Shown piece after piece: positions 43,799-54,182 of a stretch of 64,000 nucleotides of DNA. A program made the position numbers and the translations under genes. Under the pieces are notes generated by a model. The model was not told the DNA's origin. It saw only the letters and a program-made list of their open reading frames with translations, and searched no databases. Source of the DNA: a bacterium. Lineage in GTDB: Bacteria > RBG-13-61-14 > DATKZS01. Location of the stretch: positions 1,152,001 to 1,216,000 of the forward strand of contig CAXXFL010000006.1 of NCBI GenBank assembly GCA_963674965.2. The letters are read 5' to 3'. How positions within the stretch are numbered: position 1 is the stretch's first letter; each line of letters opens with the position of its first letter.

Positions 43799-45006
43799 TG
43801 GACATTCAGTGGATGAAGCGCGTGGACGGGTTGGCGGGAAAACCCATCTGCGGAGCGCTGGGCCTTTACGAGAAAAGCCTTGGCAAATCCCGGGGCAAGG
43901 CCATCCACGGGTATGACTCGCCTCCCGCGTCGCTCGCCGGCAAGCCGTCTCCCAGGATAGGCGTCATCAAGTTCTGGGGAATGGGGTCACTAATTCTGGC
44001 GGCCCCCATGTTCCACGCCCTGAGAGTCGGCTTTCCCCGCGCCGAGATACATCTCATCACCCTGGCCCAGAACAAGGGCATCCTCGATCTATTAGGCCTG
44101 GCGGATAAGACCCATTTCCTGACCCTTCCCGGAAGCGTTCCCGCCATCGGCTCGAACATCGTCTCGCTCTTTTCCCGGGTGGGAGAAATCGGGCTGGACG
44201 CGGTCATCGACCTCGAGTACCTGTCCCGCTTTTCCGCCATCGTCTGTTATATGACGGGCGCGCCGATCCGGGTGGGTTTCCATAGCTGGGACGTGAGAAG
44301 AGGAAACCTGCACACGGTCAGGCGGGCCTTCAATCCTTACTGGCACGTGACCGACAACTTCCTCAATCTCCAGGCCGCCCTTGGGGGGGAACAGGCGCCC
44401 GTCGAGCCGATCGGGATCGAGCCGGACCCCGAGGCCCGAGAGGGAGCCGAGAGGCTTCTTCGCGCCGCCGGGGTGGAGGATGGGGAAAGATTGATCGCCG
44501 TCAACCCCAACGCCAGCACCATGGCCCTGGCCCGTCGCTGGCCGGAGGATTACTTCGTGGATATGGCGGACGGGCTGATCGAAAAAAAACTGGGCCGGGT
44601 CGTGCTGCTCGGGGCCCCCGAGGAGGCGGCCTACGTGGAAAAGGTGGCACAAAGGATCGGGAAGAAAAGGGTCGTCAACGTGGCGGGCAAGTCGACCCTC
44701 TCCGACCTGGTCGGCCTGCTGGCCAGAACAAGCCTCCTCATTACCAACGACAGCGGACCTCTGCACCTGGCCAACGCCCTGGGCACGCCCACCGTGAGCT
44801 TCTTCGGGCCCGAGACCCCCGTGCTCTTCGGCCCCCGAGGCAAAAACAACGTCGTGCTCTACAAGGGCATCGATTGCAGTCCCTGCATCAACATCTACAA
44901 CGCCAAGACCGTGCGATGCACCCGTGAGAGGCCCGAGTGCCTGGCGAGCATCACCGCGGACGAGGCCCTGGTAGCGGCCCAGAGAAGCCTGGAGAGTAAC
45001 GGTTGA
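43795..45006 (+). CDS. GT9 glycosyltransferase (heptosyltransferase-like)
   Basis: RRWPEDYF, ITNDSGPLHLANALGTPTVSFFGP, CSPC. Confidence 0.88.
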   Translation: MMDIQWMKRVDGLAGKPICGALGLYEKSLGKSRGKAIHGYDSPPASLAGKPSPRIGVIKFWGMGSLILAAPMFHALRVGFPRAEIHLITLAQNKGILDLLGLADKTHFLTLPGSVPAIGSNIVSLFSRVGEIGLDAVIDLEYLSRFSAIVCYMTGAPIRVGFHSWDVRRGNLHTVRRAFNPYWHVTDNFLNLQAALGGEQAPVEPIGIEPDPEAREGAERLLRAAGVEDGERLIAVNPNASTMALARRWPEDYFVDMADGLIEKKLGRVVLLGAPEEAAYVEKVAQRIGKKRVVNVAGKSTLSDLVGLLARTSLLITNDSGPLHLANALGTPTVSFFGPETPVLFGPRGKNNVVLYKGIDCSPCINIYNAKTVRCTRERPECLASITADEALVAAQRSLESNG

Positions 45007-46379
45007 AGGTCCTGCTTCTCAACCCTCCCGCCGGCGGCGTGGTGATACGCGATTACTACTGTTCCAAGACCACCAAGTCCAACTACCTGTTTCAGCCCAT
45101 CGACCTCCTCATGCAAAGCGGCGTCCTGGCCCGGGACCACCAGGTATCGGCCATCGACGCGGTCGCCCGCCGGATGAGCGTCTCCCACTGCCTCGAGGCC
45201 GCGGCCCGCGAGAAACCCGACGCGGTGCTCGGGTTGTGGGGAGCGGTGACGGACGGACCGGACCACGAGTTCTACCGGGCCCTGGCCAAAGCCGTTCCCG
45301 CTCCGATATTCGTCACGGGCGAGGTCTTTCTTGCCGATCCCGGCGAGTGGCTTCTGGCCAGGCCTTTCATAAAAGGAGCGCTTCTTCGCTTCTCCTCCCC
45401 GGGGCTGCTCGATTATCTGAACGGAAATGGGCCGGGCAAGGGACTACTCGTCAATGAAAACGGCGAGATCAAGGGAGGACCGGACGCCAACCCCGCCCTC
45501 GAGTTCAGCCTGGGCAGGCCGCGGCACGAGCTGTTTGGACACGACGGCTACCGCTTCAGCTTCGCCGGTGGGAAAAAGTTCGCCACCGTGCTGACCGACT
45601 TTGGCTGCCCCTTTAAATGCGGGTTCTGCGTGATGGCGTCCCTTGGCTACTCGACCCGCCCGATCCATGAGGTGATGGAGGAACTCGAGTGGCTTTCTCG
45701 GGAAGGGACCCGCGAGCTTTTCGTGACCGACCAGTGCTTCGGCGCCCGCCGGAAAAGAAGCCTCGAGCTTTGCAAGGCCATGGCCGGGCTGGAGAAGGGC
45801 TTCGGCTTTACTACCTTTACCCGGGCCGACCTCCTGGACGAGGAGCTTTTATCAGCCATGAAAAGGGCCGGATGCCACACCCTGATAATGGGCGTCGAGA
45901 GCGCGGACCAGAAGACCCTCGAGACCTACGGCAAGGGACTCTCGCCGGAGAAGCTGAGGCAAGGCTTCGAGCTTTGCCGTTCCATGGGGATCAGGACGGT
46001 GGCCACCTTTATCATCGGACTGCCCGAGGACACCGAGGAATCGATCAGGGCCACCATGAAGCTGGCCCGGGACCTGGACCCGGACTTCGCCTCTTACAAC
46101 GTTGCCGTTCCCCGCTCCAACACGGCGCTCAAGGCCGCGGCGGACAAGGAGGGACTGGCGCGAAGCGGGGTCGACCCCGACCAGGGAGGGGAAAGGGCCT
46201 CCATGCGGACCAGGGCTCTTTCACCCGAGGAGGTCGAGAAGCTCAAAAGAGAAGCGGTGCGGGATTTTTATCTTCGTCCCGGCTACCTTCTAAAGAGGCT
46301 GGGCTCGGTCGGCTCGCCCCTCGCTCTCCTGGCCGAGGCCCGGGAAGGGGCGGCGCTTGTATGGAGAAACTTCAAATGA
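45003..46379 (+). CDS. Second cobalamin-binding-type radical SAM protein
   Basis: MKVLLLNPP, FGCPFKCGFC, GVESADQ, FIIGLPED. Confidence 0.85.
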   Translation: MKVLLLNPPAGGVVIRDYYCSKTTKSNYLFQPIDLLMQSGVLARDHQVSAIDAVARRMSVSHCLEAAAREKPDAVLGLWGAVTDGPDHEFYRALAKAVPAPIFVTGEVFLADPGEWLLARPFIKGALLRFSSPGLLDYLNGNGPGKGLLVNENGEIKGGPDANPALEFSLGRPRHELFGHDGYRFSFAGGKKFATVLTDFGCPFKCGFCVMASLGYSTRPIHEVMEELEWLSREGTRELFVTDQCFGARRKRSLELCKAMAGLEKGFGFTTFTRADLLDEELLSAMKRAGCHTLIMGVESADQKTLETYGKGLSPEKLRQGFELCRSMGIRTVATFIIGLPEDTEESIRATMKLARDLDPDFASYNVAVPRSNTALKAAADKEGLARSGVDPDQGGERASMRTRALSPEEVEKLKREAVRDFYLRPGYLLKRLGSVGSPLALLAEAREGAALVWRNFK

Positions 46380-47943
46380 CGCAAGCAAGGATTGTCGCGT
46401 GCGGGTGAAGATCGAAACCGGAAGCGGCTCTTTCATTATCGAGGCCGAGCCGGGCGCGAGGCTGGACGACCTTATCCTTTCGGCGGGAATACTTCTGGAC
46501 CGCCCCTGCGGCGGGAGAGGCAAATGCGGCAAATGCGCCGTGCGGGCGAAGGGCGCCTTGTCGCCCGTCTCGAGGGCCGAGCGAGACCTTCTGACCGATT
46601 CCCGAATCGAGTCGGGCTACCGTCTCGCTTGCCTGGCCTCGGCCGAGTCGGACTGCGAGGTCCAGGTCGAGGCGGGGACCGTGCTGACGGACAAGACTTT
46701 TCAGACCGGTGAGGACCCGGCGGCAGACCTCGGCCCTCTCGGCCTGGCCATCGACCTGGGGACCACCACGGTGGGCGTTTTTTTGGCGCGGGCCTCGGAC
46801 GGCAAGGTTTACGCCGGGGCCTCGACCTTAAACCGGCAGGCGCCCGTCGGCGCCGAGGTCATGAGCAGGCTGGCCGCGGCGGAGGAAGACCCGAGGTCCC
46901 TTATGGACATGGCCTGGGACGGCGTGATCGAGGCCGCTTCCCTTCTCGGACTCGATGAAAAGGCGCGCCTTATGGTGAGGACCGCCAACCTGGTTGGAAA
47001 CTCGGCCATGCACCATCTGGCCCTGGGCCTGCCCATCCAAAAGCTGGTCCGTTCCCCCTTCGAGCCTCACTCGGTTAAGGCCTCGGAGGTTGACGCGGGG
47101 GGATTGAAGGAAATGTTCCCGAGCCTCGAGCGCGTGTGCCTGCCGCCGCTGATAGGAGGGTTCGTCGGCTCGGACGCCCTCGCCTGCATCGTGTATTTCG
47201 GGCTGGGCAGGGGAAACGAGACGGCGCTGGTACTGGACCTCGGGACCAACGGCGAGGTCATGCTGGCCTCGGGCGGGGAGATCATGGTGGCCAGCACGGC
47301 CGCGGGCCCGGCCTTCGAGGGAGTCAACATCGAGAAGGGGGTAAGGGCCGTGCCCGGCGCGGTGACCGGGGTATCGATCAGCGAGGGAGCGCTGAGGCTC
47401 GACTCGATCGGAGGCCTCGAGCCGATGGGACTGACCGGCTCGGGGCTCATCTCCGCCGTTAAGGCCCTTCGCGACCTCGGCCTTATCGACGAGTCCGGCG
47501 CCTTGTGCCCGGACAACGGCGGGTCCGTATCCCTCGAGGAAAAGGAGGGCGTGAAAAGGGTCATGCTCTCCCGCGAGGTCTGGATATCGCAGCTCGACGT
47601 GAGAGAGCTGCAAAAGGCCAAGGGCGCGGTGAGGGCCGCCATCGAGATACTGCTGAACAAGTCGGACAAAAGGCCCGCCGACCTGGAGCGGGTGATCCTG
47701 ACGGGCAGCTTCGGCGGCAGGCTCGACCCGAGGGACGTGCTTTCCCTTGGCGTTCTTCCGGAGGTCCGCGCCGGCGTGATCAGGTCCATACCCAACGGCG
47801 CCGGCATGGGGGCGGCCATTATGCTCGAGCCGGAAAGGGCCAGGGAGGCGGAAATCACCGCGGCCCGCGCCCTTCACGTCGAGCTCAGCCTTGATCCTCT
47901 CTTCATGGACAGGTATGTTTCCAATATGCGTCTTAGCCCGTGA
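46357..47943 (+). CDS. ASKHA/DUF4445 protein with 2Fe-2S domain (RACo-like corrinoid activator)
   Basis: CGGRGKCGKC..RLAC, IDLGTTTV, DLGTNGE, AAGPAFEG, SQLDVRELQKAKGA; start may be GTG 46399. Confidence 0.88.
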   Translation: MYGETSNDASKDCRVRVKIETGSGSFIIEAEPGARLDDLILSAGILLDRPCGGRGKCGKCAVRAKGALSPVSRAERDLLTDSRIESGYRLACLASAESDCEVQVEAGTVLTDKTFQTGEDPAADLGPLGLAIDLGTTTVGVFLARASDGKVYAGASTLNRQAPVGAEVMSRLAAAEEDPRSLMDMAWDGVIEAASLLGLDEKARLMVRTANLVGNSAMHHLALGLPIQKLVRSPFEPHSVKASEVDAGGLKEMFPSLERVCLPPLIGGFVGSDALACIVYFGLGRGNETALVLDLGTNGEVMLASGGEIMVASTAAGPAFEGVNIEKGVRAVPGAVTGVSISEGALRLDSIGGLEPMGLTGSGLISAVKALRDLGLIDESGALCPDNGGSVSLEEKEGVKRVMLSREVWISQLDVRELQKAKGAVRAAIEILLNKSDKRPADLERVILTGSFGGRLDPRDVLSLGVLPEVRAGVIRSIPNGAGMGAAIMLEPERAREAEITAARALHVELSLDPLFMDRYVSNMRLSP

Positions 47944-47986
47944 GGGCCTTATAATAACAGGAAAGCTAAAAAAAGGAGGACGCTGT

Positions 47987-49483
47987 ATGAACCAGCTCAA
48001 GGTAATTTTAGGCAAGGGTGACATCAAGCGGGCCGAGTGCGACGCCCTTGGTCTCATGTTCGTGGAGGACGAGCTTAAGTTATCTCTTGCCGGACGAGCG
48101 GCCGACCAGGCCACGCGGGGCGCGGTGAGCAAGCTTCTCGACAAGGGCTTCACGGGCAAAAAAGGAGAAGTCGAGACCATACTCACCGGCAAGTCCTCTC
48201 CCTTTGACAAGGTGATCGTAATCGGGCTGGGGAAAAGAGACAAGCTCGACCTCGAGAGCTACCGCCGGGCGGGCGGAATGCTTATCGCTTCCCTTTCCAA
48301 GGGCCAGAAGCTCCGGTGCCACGTCGAGATGCGGGACCCCTTCAAGGCGGGCATGACCCTGGACGACATTACCCGGGCGGTGGTGGTGGGGGCCATCAAT
48401 AAAAACTACAGGTTCATAAGGTACAGGGGCAAGGACGCCAGGCCCGGTCCCGCCTCGGTGCTGGCCCTTTTCGGGGAATCGAGGGTGGTCTCGCGCGGCA
48501 TCTTGAAGGGCGTGGTCAGCGGGGAGGCCCAATGTTTCTCCCGCGACCTGGTCAACACTCCCTCGGCGGACCTTACTCCCGATCTCTTCGTCACCGAGGC
48601 CAGGGCCGTCGCCAGGCGCAACGGCTTCACCATCAAGGTCTGGAAGGAGGCCGAGCTTAAAAAGGCGAAAATGAACGCCATCCTGGCCGTGGGACAGGGC
48701 AGCCATAATCCTCCACGTCTGGTGGCCATGACCTATAACGGCGCCAGGCGCAAGACCCCCGACCTGGTGCTCGTGGGCAAGGGCATTACCTTCGACTCAG
48801 GCGGCATCTCGCTCAAGCCTTCGGCGAACATGGAGGAGATGAAGGGCGACATGACGGGCGCGGCCGACGTCATGGCGGCCCTCGAGGCCATGAACAAGCT
48901 CAAGATCAAGCTCAACGTGGTGGGAGTCCTGGCCCTGGCCGAGAACATGCCCGGAGGCGGGGCCCAGCGGCCCGGCGATATAATCCGCTCGGCCTCCGGC
49001 GTCACCATCGAGGTCAAGAACACCGACGCCGAGGGAAGGCTGGTGCTGGCCGACGCCCTCCATTTTGCCACCACCCTCAAGCCGAAGATAGGCATCATCG
49101 ACCTGGCGACCCTGACCGGGGCCTGCACTATCGCGCTGGGCAGCCAGGCCATCGGCCTCATGGGCAACGACGAGGACCTGCTCTCGAAGATCGGGGCCGC
49201 GGCCCTGGCCTCGGGAGAGCGCACCTGGCTCCTTCCCCTCTGGGACGAGTACGAGGAGCTCATCGAGGGCAAGGTGGGAGACATTATCAACACCTCGAAC
49301 AGAAGGGAGGCCGGGACCATCGTGGGCGGCATGTTCCTCAAGCACTTCGTTAAGGACTTCCCCTGGGCGCACCTCGATATCGCCTCGGTCATGTGGACGC
49401 CCAAAAACGGGTCCTACCTCGCCGCCGGGCCCTCGGGCAAGGGAGTAAGGCTTCTTATCAGGCTGGCCGAGAGTCTGCAATAG
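47987..49483 (+). CDS. pepA: Leucyl aminopeptidase (M17)
   Basis: VGKGITFDSGG, MKGDMTGAA, NTDAEGRLVLAD, DLATLTGA, WAHLDIA; ATG 47987 after AAGGAGG. Confidence 0.93.
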   Translation: MNQLKVILGKGDIKRAECDALGLMFVEDELKLSLAGRAADQATRGAVSKLLDKGFTGKKGEVETILTGKSSPFDKVIVIGLGKRDKLDLESYRRAGGMLIASLSKGQKLRCHVEMRDPFKAGMTLDDITRAVVVGAINKNYRFIRYRGKDARPGPASVLALFGESRVVSRGILKGVVSGEAQCFSRDLVNTPSADLTPDLFVTEARAVARRNGFTIKVWKEAELKKAKMNAILAVGQGSHNPPRLVAMTYNGARRKTPDLVLVGKGITFDSGGISLKPSANMEEMKGDMTGAADVMAALEAMNKLKIKLNVVGVLALAENMPGGGAQRPGDIIRSASGVTIEVKNTDAEGRLVLADALHFATTLKPKIGIIDLATLTGACTIALGSQAIGLMGNDEDLLSKIGAAALASGERTWLLPLWDEYEELIEGKVGDIINTSNRREAGTIVGGMFLKHFVKDFPWAHLDIASVMWTPKNGSYLAAGPSGKGVRLLIRLAESLQ

Positions 49484-49576
49484 TAAAGAAAATTATATTC
49501 GCGGCCCCGGCGGCCGTAAGGGCGTCCTTTGGCCCGCTCGCGACCGAGCGGGCCAATGAGCGTCAGGAGACAAAAA

Positions 49577-50755
49577 ATGACGACTAACGTGAAAAGGTAT
49601 TATCGGTTATTCTTGCTCGCCGGAGCGGCGGCTATTGGCCTTATCCTGATAAGCTCGGCCCGGGCCGGTGAGGACGCGGAAAAAAAATCCGAAGCGGCCG
49701 CCGAGGCCCCCGCCAAAGCCCCGGCAAAGGAAGAGACAAAGGAGGCAAAGAAGCCGCCCAAGCCGGTGGAGTGGAAAATACGGTATAACGTCCGGACCGG
49801 CAGCATGCCCAAGGGGGTCGAGCTGTCGCCCGACGGCAAGGAGGCCTGGGTCACCAATTTCGGGAACGACCGGGGCAAGAACATCTCGATCTTCAATCCC
49901 GCGGACGGCAAGGTCATTACGACCATGTCCTTTTCCGGCCGCGCCGTGGAGACGGCCTTCTCCAGCGACGGCAAGGTCGTCTACGTCTCCAATTTCGACA
50001 AGGGAACGCTCATGGAGATCGACGCGAAGGCCCGCAAGGTCTCGCGCGTGGTCAAGGTTGGGACCAACCCCAAGATCGTCACCATCTCTCCCGACGGGGG
50101 GACCATCTACGTGTCCAATTGGACGACCAACGACGTGTCCATCGTGGACGGGCCAAGCTTCAAGGAGACGGCCCGGGTGAGGGCGGGGCACAACCCGAGG
50201 GGAAGCGCCGTGGACGCCTCGGGCAAGTACCTTTTCGTGGCCAACTTTAACGGCCACGACATGTCCGTCATCGACTTGGCACAAAAGAAAAAAATCAAGA
50301 CCATCGCCATGCATAAGCACCCCCGCCACGTAACGGCCACGCCCGACGGCAAGTGGATACTCTGCTCGAACATGGGAAGCGCGTCATGCGAGATGGCGGC
50401 GATCGATCCCGTCTCGCTCGAGGTCAAGCACTGGGTGAAGGTGGGCAGGGGCCCCAAGGTGATCAAGGTCTCGCCCGACTCGCGTTTCGCTTTTATCGCG
50501 GATTACTACGGCCACGACGTGTCCATCGTGGACCTTACGAAGATGGAGCTTCTCGAGACTATTCCCGGCCTGGGCAAGGCATGCTGCGGCCTGGACCTTT
50601 CAAAGGACGGCAAGTCCCTCTTCGTCACCTCCTGGTACTCGAACCAGCTATGGGCCATCGACGTAATCTACAACCCGGTCAAAGATGAAGTGAAGAATCT
50701 AAAAGACGAGAAGGAAAACGGCGGCAAGCAAAGCGCGCCGGGGAAGAGTAATTGA
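49577..50755 (+). CDS. Exported YVTN/YncE-type beta-propeller protein
   Basis: Signal peptide; repeated SPDG..YVSN blades. Confidence 0.85.
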   Translation: MTTNVKRYYRLFLLAGAAAIGLILISSARAGEDAEKKSEAAAEAPAKAPAKEETKEAKKPPKPVEWKIRYNVRTGSMPKGVELSPDGKEAWVTNFGNDRGKNISIFNPADGKVITTMSFSGRAVETAFSSDGKVVYVSNFDKGTLMEIDAKARKVSRVVKVGTNPKIVTISPDGGTIYVSNWTTNDVSIVDGPSFKETARVRAGHNPRGSAVDASGKYLFVANFNGHDMSVIDLAQKKKIKTIAMHKHPRHVTATPDGKWILCSNMGSASCEMAAIDPVSLEVKHWVKVGRGPKVIKVSPDSRFAFIADYYGHDVSIVDLTKMELLETIPGLGKACCGLDLSKDGKSLFVTSWYSNQLWAIDVIYNPVKDEVKNLKDEKENGGKQSAPGKSN

Positions 50756-51618
50756 ACGAAAAGAAACCCGAGATAAAATTTCGGGACCTGGGCGACGCCG
50801 CGATCGAGTATCTTGATTACGGCGGGAACGGCCCGGCGGTGGTTTTGCTCCACGCCACCGGTTTCCTTCCCTGGACCTGGCACCCCATCGCTCGGGAACT
50901 GTCGGTGGACCATCGCGTGATCGTTCCATATTTTTGCGACCACCGCGAGGCCGAGCCGGACGAGGGACTGAGCTGGGTCGTCCTGGCCGACGACCTCGCC
51001 CGGTTCAGCGAGGGCCTGGGCCTGCGGAAGCCTTACCTGGTCGGCCATTCCATGGGCGCCACGGTGGCCACCATTTGCGCGGCAAGGAGCGGACTCTCGG
51101 TTTCGGGCATGGTGCTGATCGAGCCCATTTACCTGCCGTCTCCCGTTTACAGGATGGACATGAAGGTTGACGACCACCCCCTGGCCCGGCTGGCCATCAG
51201 GCGTCGCAACGGATGGAGCGGACCCGGGGAGGCCATGGATTACCTGCGCTCGAAAAAGCTGTTCGCGGGCTGGGACGAGGAAGCGCTCGAGCTATACCTC
51301 AGGCACGGCATGGTCGAGGAAGAGTCGGGAGGACTCACCCTTGCCTGCCATCCCCGCCGCGAGGCTTCCCTCTTTATGGGAAGTCGGGCCATGGACCCCT
51401 GGCCGCTGCTCGCGGACGTAAGCTGTCCCGTGCTGGTGGTGGAGGGCGAGGAAAGCGAGAACCGTCCTTTTATCGACCTTAAAAAGGCGGCCACGGATTT
51501 TCCCCTGGGCGAGCACCGCCTGGTCGAGGCCGCCGGCCACCTTGTCCCCATGGAGAGGCCCAAGGAGGTCCTTGCCCTCATCCGCCGTTTTATCCGGGAC
51601 AACCCTTCGAAGGATTAG
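50752..51618 (+). CDS. Alpha/beta hydrolase
   Basis: LLHATGF, GHSMG nucleophile elbow, GHLVPME. Confidence 0.88.
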   Translation: MNEKKPEIKFRDLGDAAIEYLDYGGNGPAVVLLHATGFLPWTWHPIARELSVDHRVIVPYFCDHREAEPDEGLSWVVLADDLARFSEGLGLRKPYLVGHSMGATVATICAARSGLSVSGMVLIEPIYLPSPVYRMDMKVDDHPLARLAIRRRNGWSGPGEAMDYLRSKKLFAGWDEEALELYLRHGMVEEESGGLTLACHPRREASLFMGSRAMDPWPLLADVSCPVLVVEGEESENRPFIDLKKAATDFPLGEHRLVEAAGHLVPMERPKEVLALIRRFIRDNPSKD

Positions 51619-51684
51619 GGCCCGGGCGTTTTTCGCGCCGCCGACGCGACGAGGCGCCTGCAGGCAGGCCGGCTTCGTTGCCCG

Positions 51685-54177
51685 TCAAAACTCGAGGCGC
51701 AAGGGACTTCCCTTGTATGTTACGGAGAGGTCGGGGAACTTCTCCGGCTCCACTCCGGCTCCGCTTCCGGGACGAACCATGACGACGTTTACGCGTCGTT
51801 CCTCTTTCATGCCCGGGAAATCTCCCCGGCGCGGCCAGATGGTCAGAACGTTTTCAGAATTGTTCCAGGAAAACTCGATGGTGGAGTAAGCGCCTTTTTC
51901 GTAATTGTAGTTGTCGTTTTCATCCTCATAGAGGGTAAAGGAGGCGTCGGCGCCTGGATAGACGCGGACCTCGATGGGGTCCGTTTCCTCCTCGGCGTAT
52001 TGGATATAGGGACCCATGGGAATGATGGACCCGGCCCTGACGAAAAGGGGAATGGTCGAAAGGGTGGACCGGGCTTCAACTCTTTGCCCGCCGTCCGATC
52101 TCTTGCCCGTCCAGAAGTCATACCAGCCCGCGCTCTCCGGCAGATAGACCGCGCGCCGGGAACTTCCCTTGTTCTTCATCGGCTCGGTCACGGGGCTGAC
52201 GAGAATGGCCGGCCCGAACATGAACTGGTCGCCGATGTCGTACGCCTTTGGGTCCCGCCGGAAGTCCATGGCCAAGGCGCGCATCATGGTGTAGCCCTCA
52301 TTGGTGACCATCCAGGCAACGGAGTAGATATAGGGCATAAGCCGGTAACGCAGGTTATCGGAATCGACCAGGGCGTCGTAGGAGGGGTCGCCGGGTTCGC
52401 CAAACCGCCAGACCTCGCGGGGCACGTGTTGTCCATGGCTCCTGAAAATGGGGCAGAAGGCGCCGTACTGGAACCATCTGACGTACAATTCCCTATATGC
52501 CGGCGTTATTTTCCCTTGCCCGTGAAGAAGGTCCCTCGGCGAAAGCCAGTAGCCCCCGATATCCGTGGTCCAATAGGGGATCCCGGCCATGCAAAAGTTC
52601 AATCCGGCCGGTATTTGTTTTTTAAAGACTTCCCAGGTAGCGGTTATGTCTCCCGACCAGGTTGAAGCCGCGTAGCGCTGCTGGCCCGCGAAGGCCGAGC
52701 GCGTGAGAATAAACACCCGCTTTTCCTCCTTCGTATCGCGCCAGCTCCGGTAGACGTTCATGGTATCCATCAGCGAGTAAGTATTCAGATACTTCGAGAT
52801 CGGACCGAGCGCGCAGGAGCGGGCCAGCTTGATCGTAAGCTCCGTCTCCAGTCTCGTGCCCGTGGTAATGAATTCGGGCTCCGTGCCGTCCATCCATAAG
52901 GCGTCCACGCCGCGGTCGAATATTCCCGCGCGGGCGTGACGCCAGTAAACCTCACGGGCCGCCTCGTCGTAAGCGTCGTGCATCACCGCGTTGGGGGTCG
53001 CCCGTATCAGCGCCGGATCGAGATCGAGTCCCTTTTCCACGAGTTCCCTTCCCACCGGGGTTTCCTTGCCCACCTTGGGCCAGATGGAAATCATCAACCG
53101 AGCGTTCATATCGTGGATTTCCCGGATTCTTTCCTCGGGATTCCCAAAACCCGCCTCTTCATCGAATAAAAAAGCGCTCCAGCCAAGGTCGCCCCAGTAT
53201 TTATAGTCAAGGACGACGGCGTCGAGCGGGACCCCACGATCGCGATACTCCCGAATCACCTCAATTATTTCATCCCAGCTTTGATAGCGGTTTTTCGACT
53301 GGAAATACCCGTACGCCCATTTGGGGTACATGGGAGCATGGCCGGTAAGGCCGCGATACGCGGAGATGACCCGATCCATTTCGGGACCGTAGATGAAATA
53401 ATAATCCAATCCTTCGCCGGCCTCGGAGCGAAAACTTCCCTCGGATGCGCCGTCGGGACCGGCCTTCGAGTCCTCGAAGACGGTCTTCGAGTAATTGTCC
53501 CACAGAACGCCGTAACCTTTGGTGGAAACCAGGAAAGGATTTACGGACGTCTTGTTGGCCTGGACCAGGGGGACTTTCTCGCCGCGCCAATTCATCCGCC
53601 CGCCCTGGAACTGGCCAAGCCCGTAAAGGGCCTCGCCCTTTTGAAAGTGGAAGGCCTGGCTGACCTTATAAGACATCTCTCCCATTATCCGGACGGGCTT
53701 GATCGTCCTTTTTCCCTCGGCCAGCAGGACCGATCCATCGCGATCTTCAAAGACAAGGGCGCCGCTATCGAGGTCCACCTTAACCGTCAGAAGTCTCGTC
53801 TTGATCAGGGCCGAGCCATCTCGTTCCTCCACGTCCCAATGCACCCCGGCGTGCTTGAGGGGAAGGACCACCAGGCTCTCGCGCTCGATGATACCGTCCG
53901 CCGCGGAAGTCACCCGGATGACGTCGTCCGCCACTATCTCGATTTTCAAACCGCCCGAGCGAGTTTTAACCAGCAGTCCGTCGCCCAGCTTTTCATAGCC
54001 GGCCGGATCGAGCGGTCGGCTCATTAAAATATCGGGCTTTACCAGCGCGAGGCCCAGGAGGACCGCCAGCAGGGCAACGCGCGCGATCGTCACGCGTTCG
54101 CTCCCACTCCCCCGCTTGTAAATACCGCGGCCGAAATATTCAGCGGCTTTTTTTATTGTTTTCACGCCCTCCTCCAT
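51685..54177 (-). CDS. GH31 glycoside hydrolase (alpha-xylosidase-like)
   Basis: WMDGTEPE, LTRSAFAGQQRY, WSGDI, WTTDIGG, RWFQYGAFCPIFRSHG. Confidence 0.9.
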   Translation of the reverse strand: MEEGVKTIKKAAEYFGRGIYKRGSGSERVTIARVALLAVLLGLALVKPDILMSRPLDPAGYEKLGDGLLVKTRSGGLKIEIVADDVIRVTSAADGIIERESLVVLPLKHAGVHWDVEERDGSALIKTRLLTVKVDLDSGALVFEDRDGSVLLAEGKRTIKPVRIMGEMSYKVSQAFHFQKGEALYGLGQFQGGRMNWRGEKVPLVQANKTSVNPFLVSTKGYGVLWDNYSKTVFEDSKAGPDGASEGSFRSEAGEGLDYYFIYGPEMDRVISAYRGLTGHAPMYPKWAYGYFQSKNRYQSWDEIIEVIREYRDRGVPLDAVVLDYKYWGDLGWSAFLFDEEAGFGNPEERIREIHDMNARLMISIWPKVGKETPVGRELVEKGLDLDPALIRATPNAVMHDAYDEAAREVYWRHARAGIFDRGVDALWMDGTEPEFITTGTRLETELTIKLARSCALGPISKYLNTYSLMDTMNVYRSWRDTKEEKRVFILTRSAFAGQQRYAASTWSGDITATWEVFKKQIPAGLNFCMAGIPYWTTDIGGYWLSPRDLLHGQGKITPAYRELYVRWFQYGAFCPIFRSHGQHVPREVWRFGEPGDPSYDALVDSDNLRYRLMPYIYSVAWMVTNEGYTMMRALAMDFRRDPKAYDIGDQFMFGPAILVSPVTEPMKNKGSSRRAVYLPESAGWYDFWTGKRSDGGQRVEARSTLSTIPLFVRAGSIIPMGPYIQYAEEETDPIEVRVYPGADASFTLYEDENDNYNYEKGAYSTIEFSWNNSENVLTIWPRRGDFPGMKEERRVNVVMVRPGSGAGVEPEKFPDLSVTYKGSPLRLEF

Positions 54178-54182
54178 TCGTG

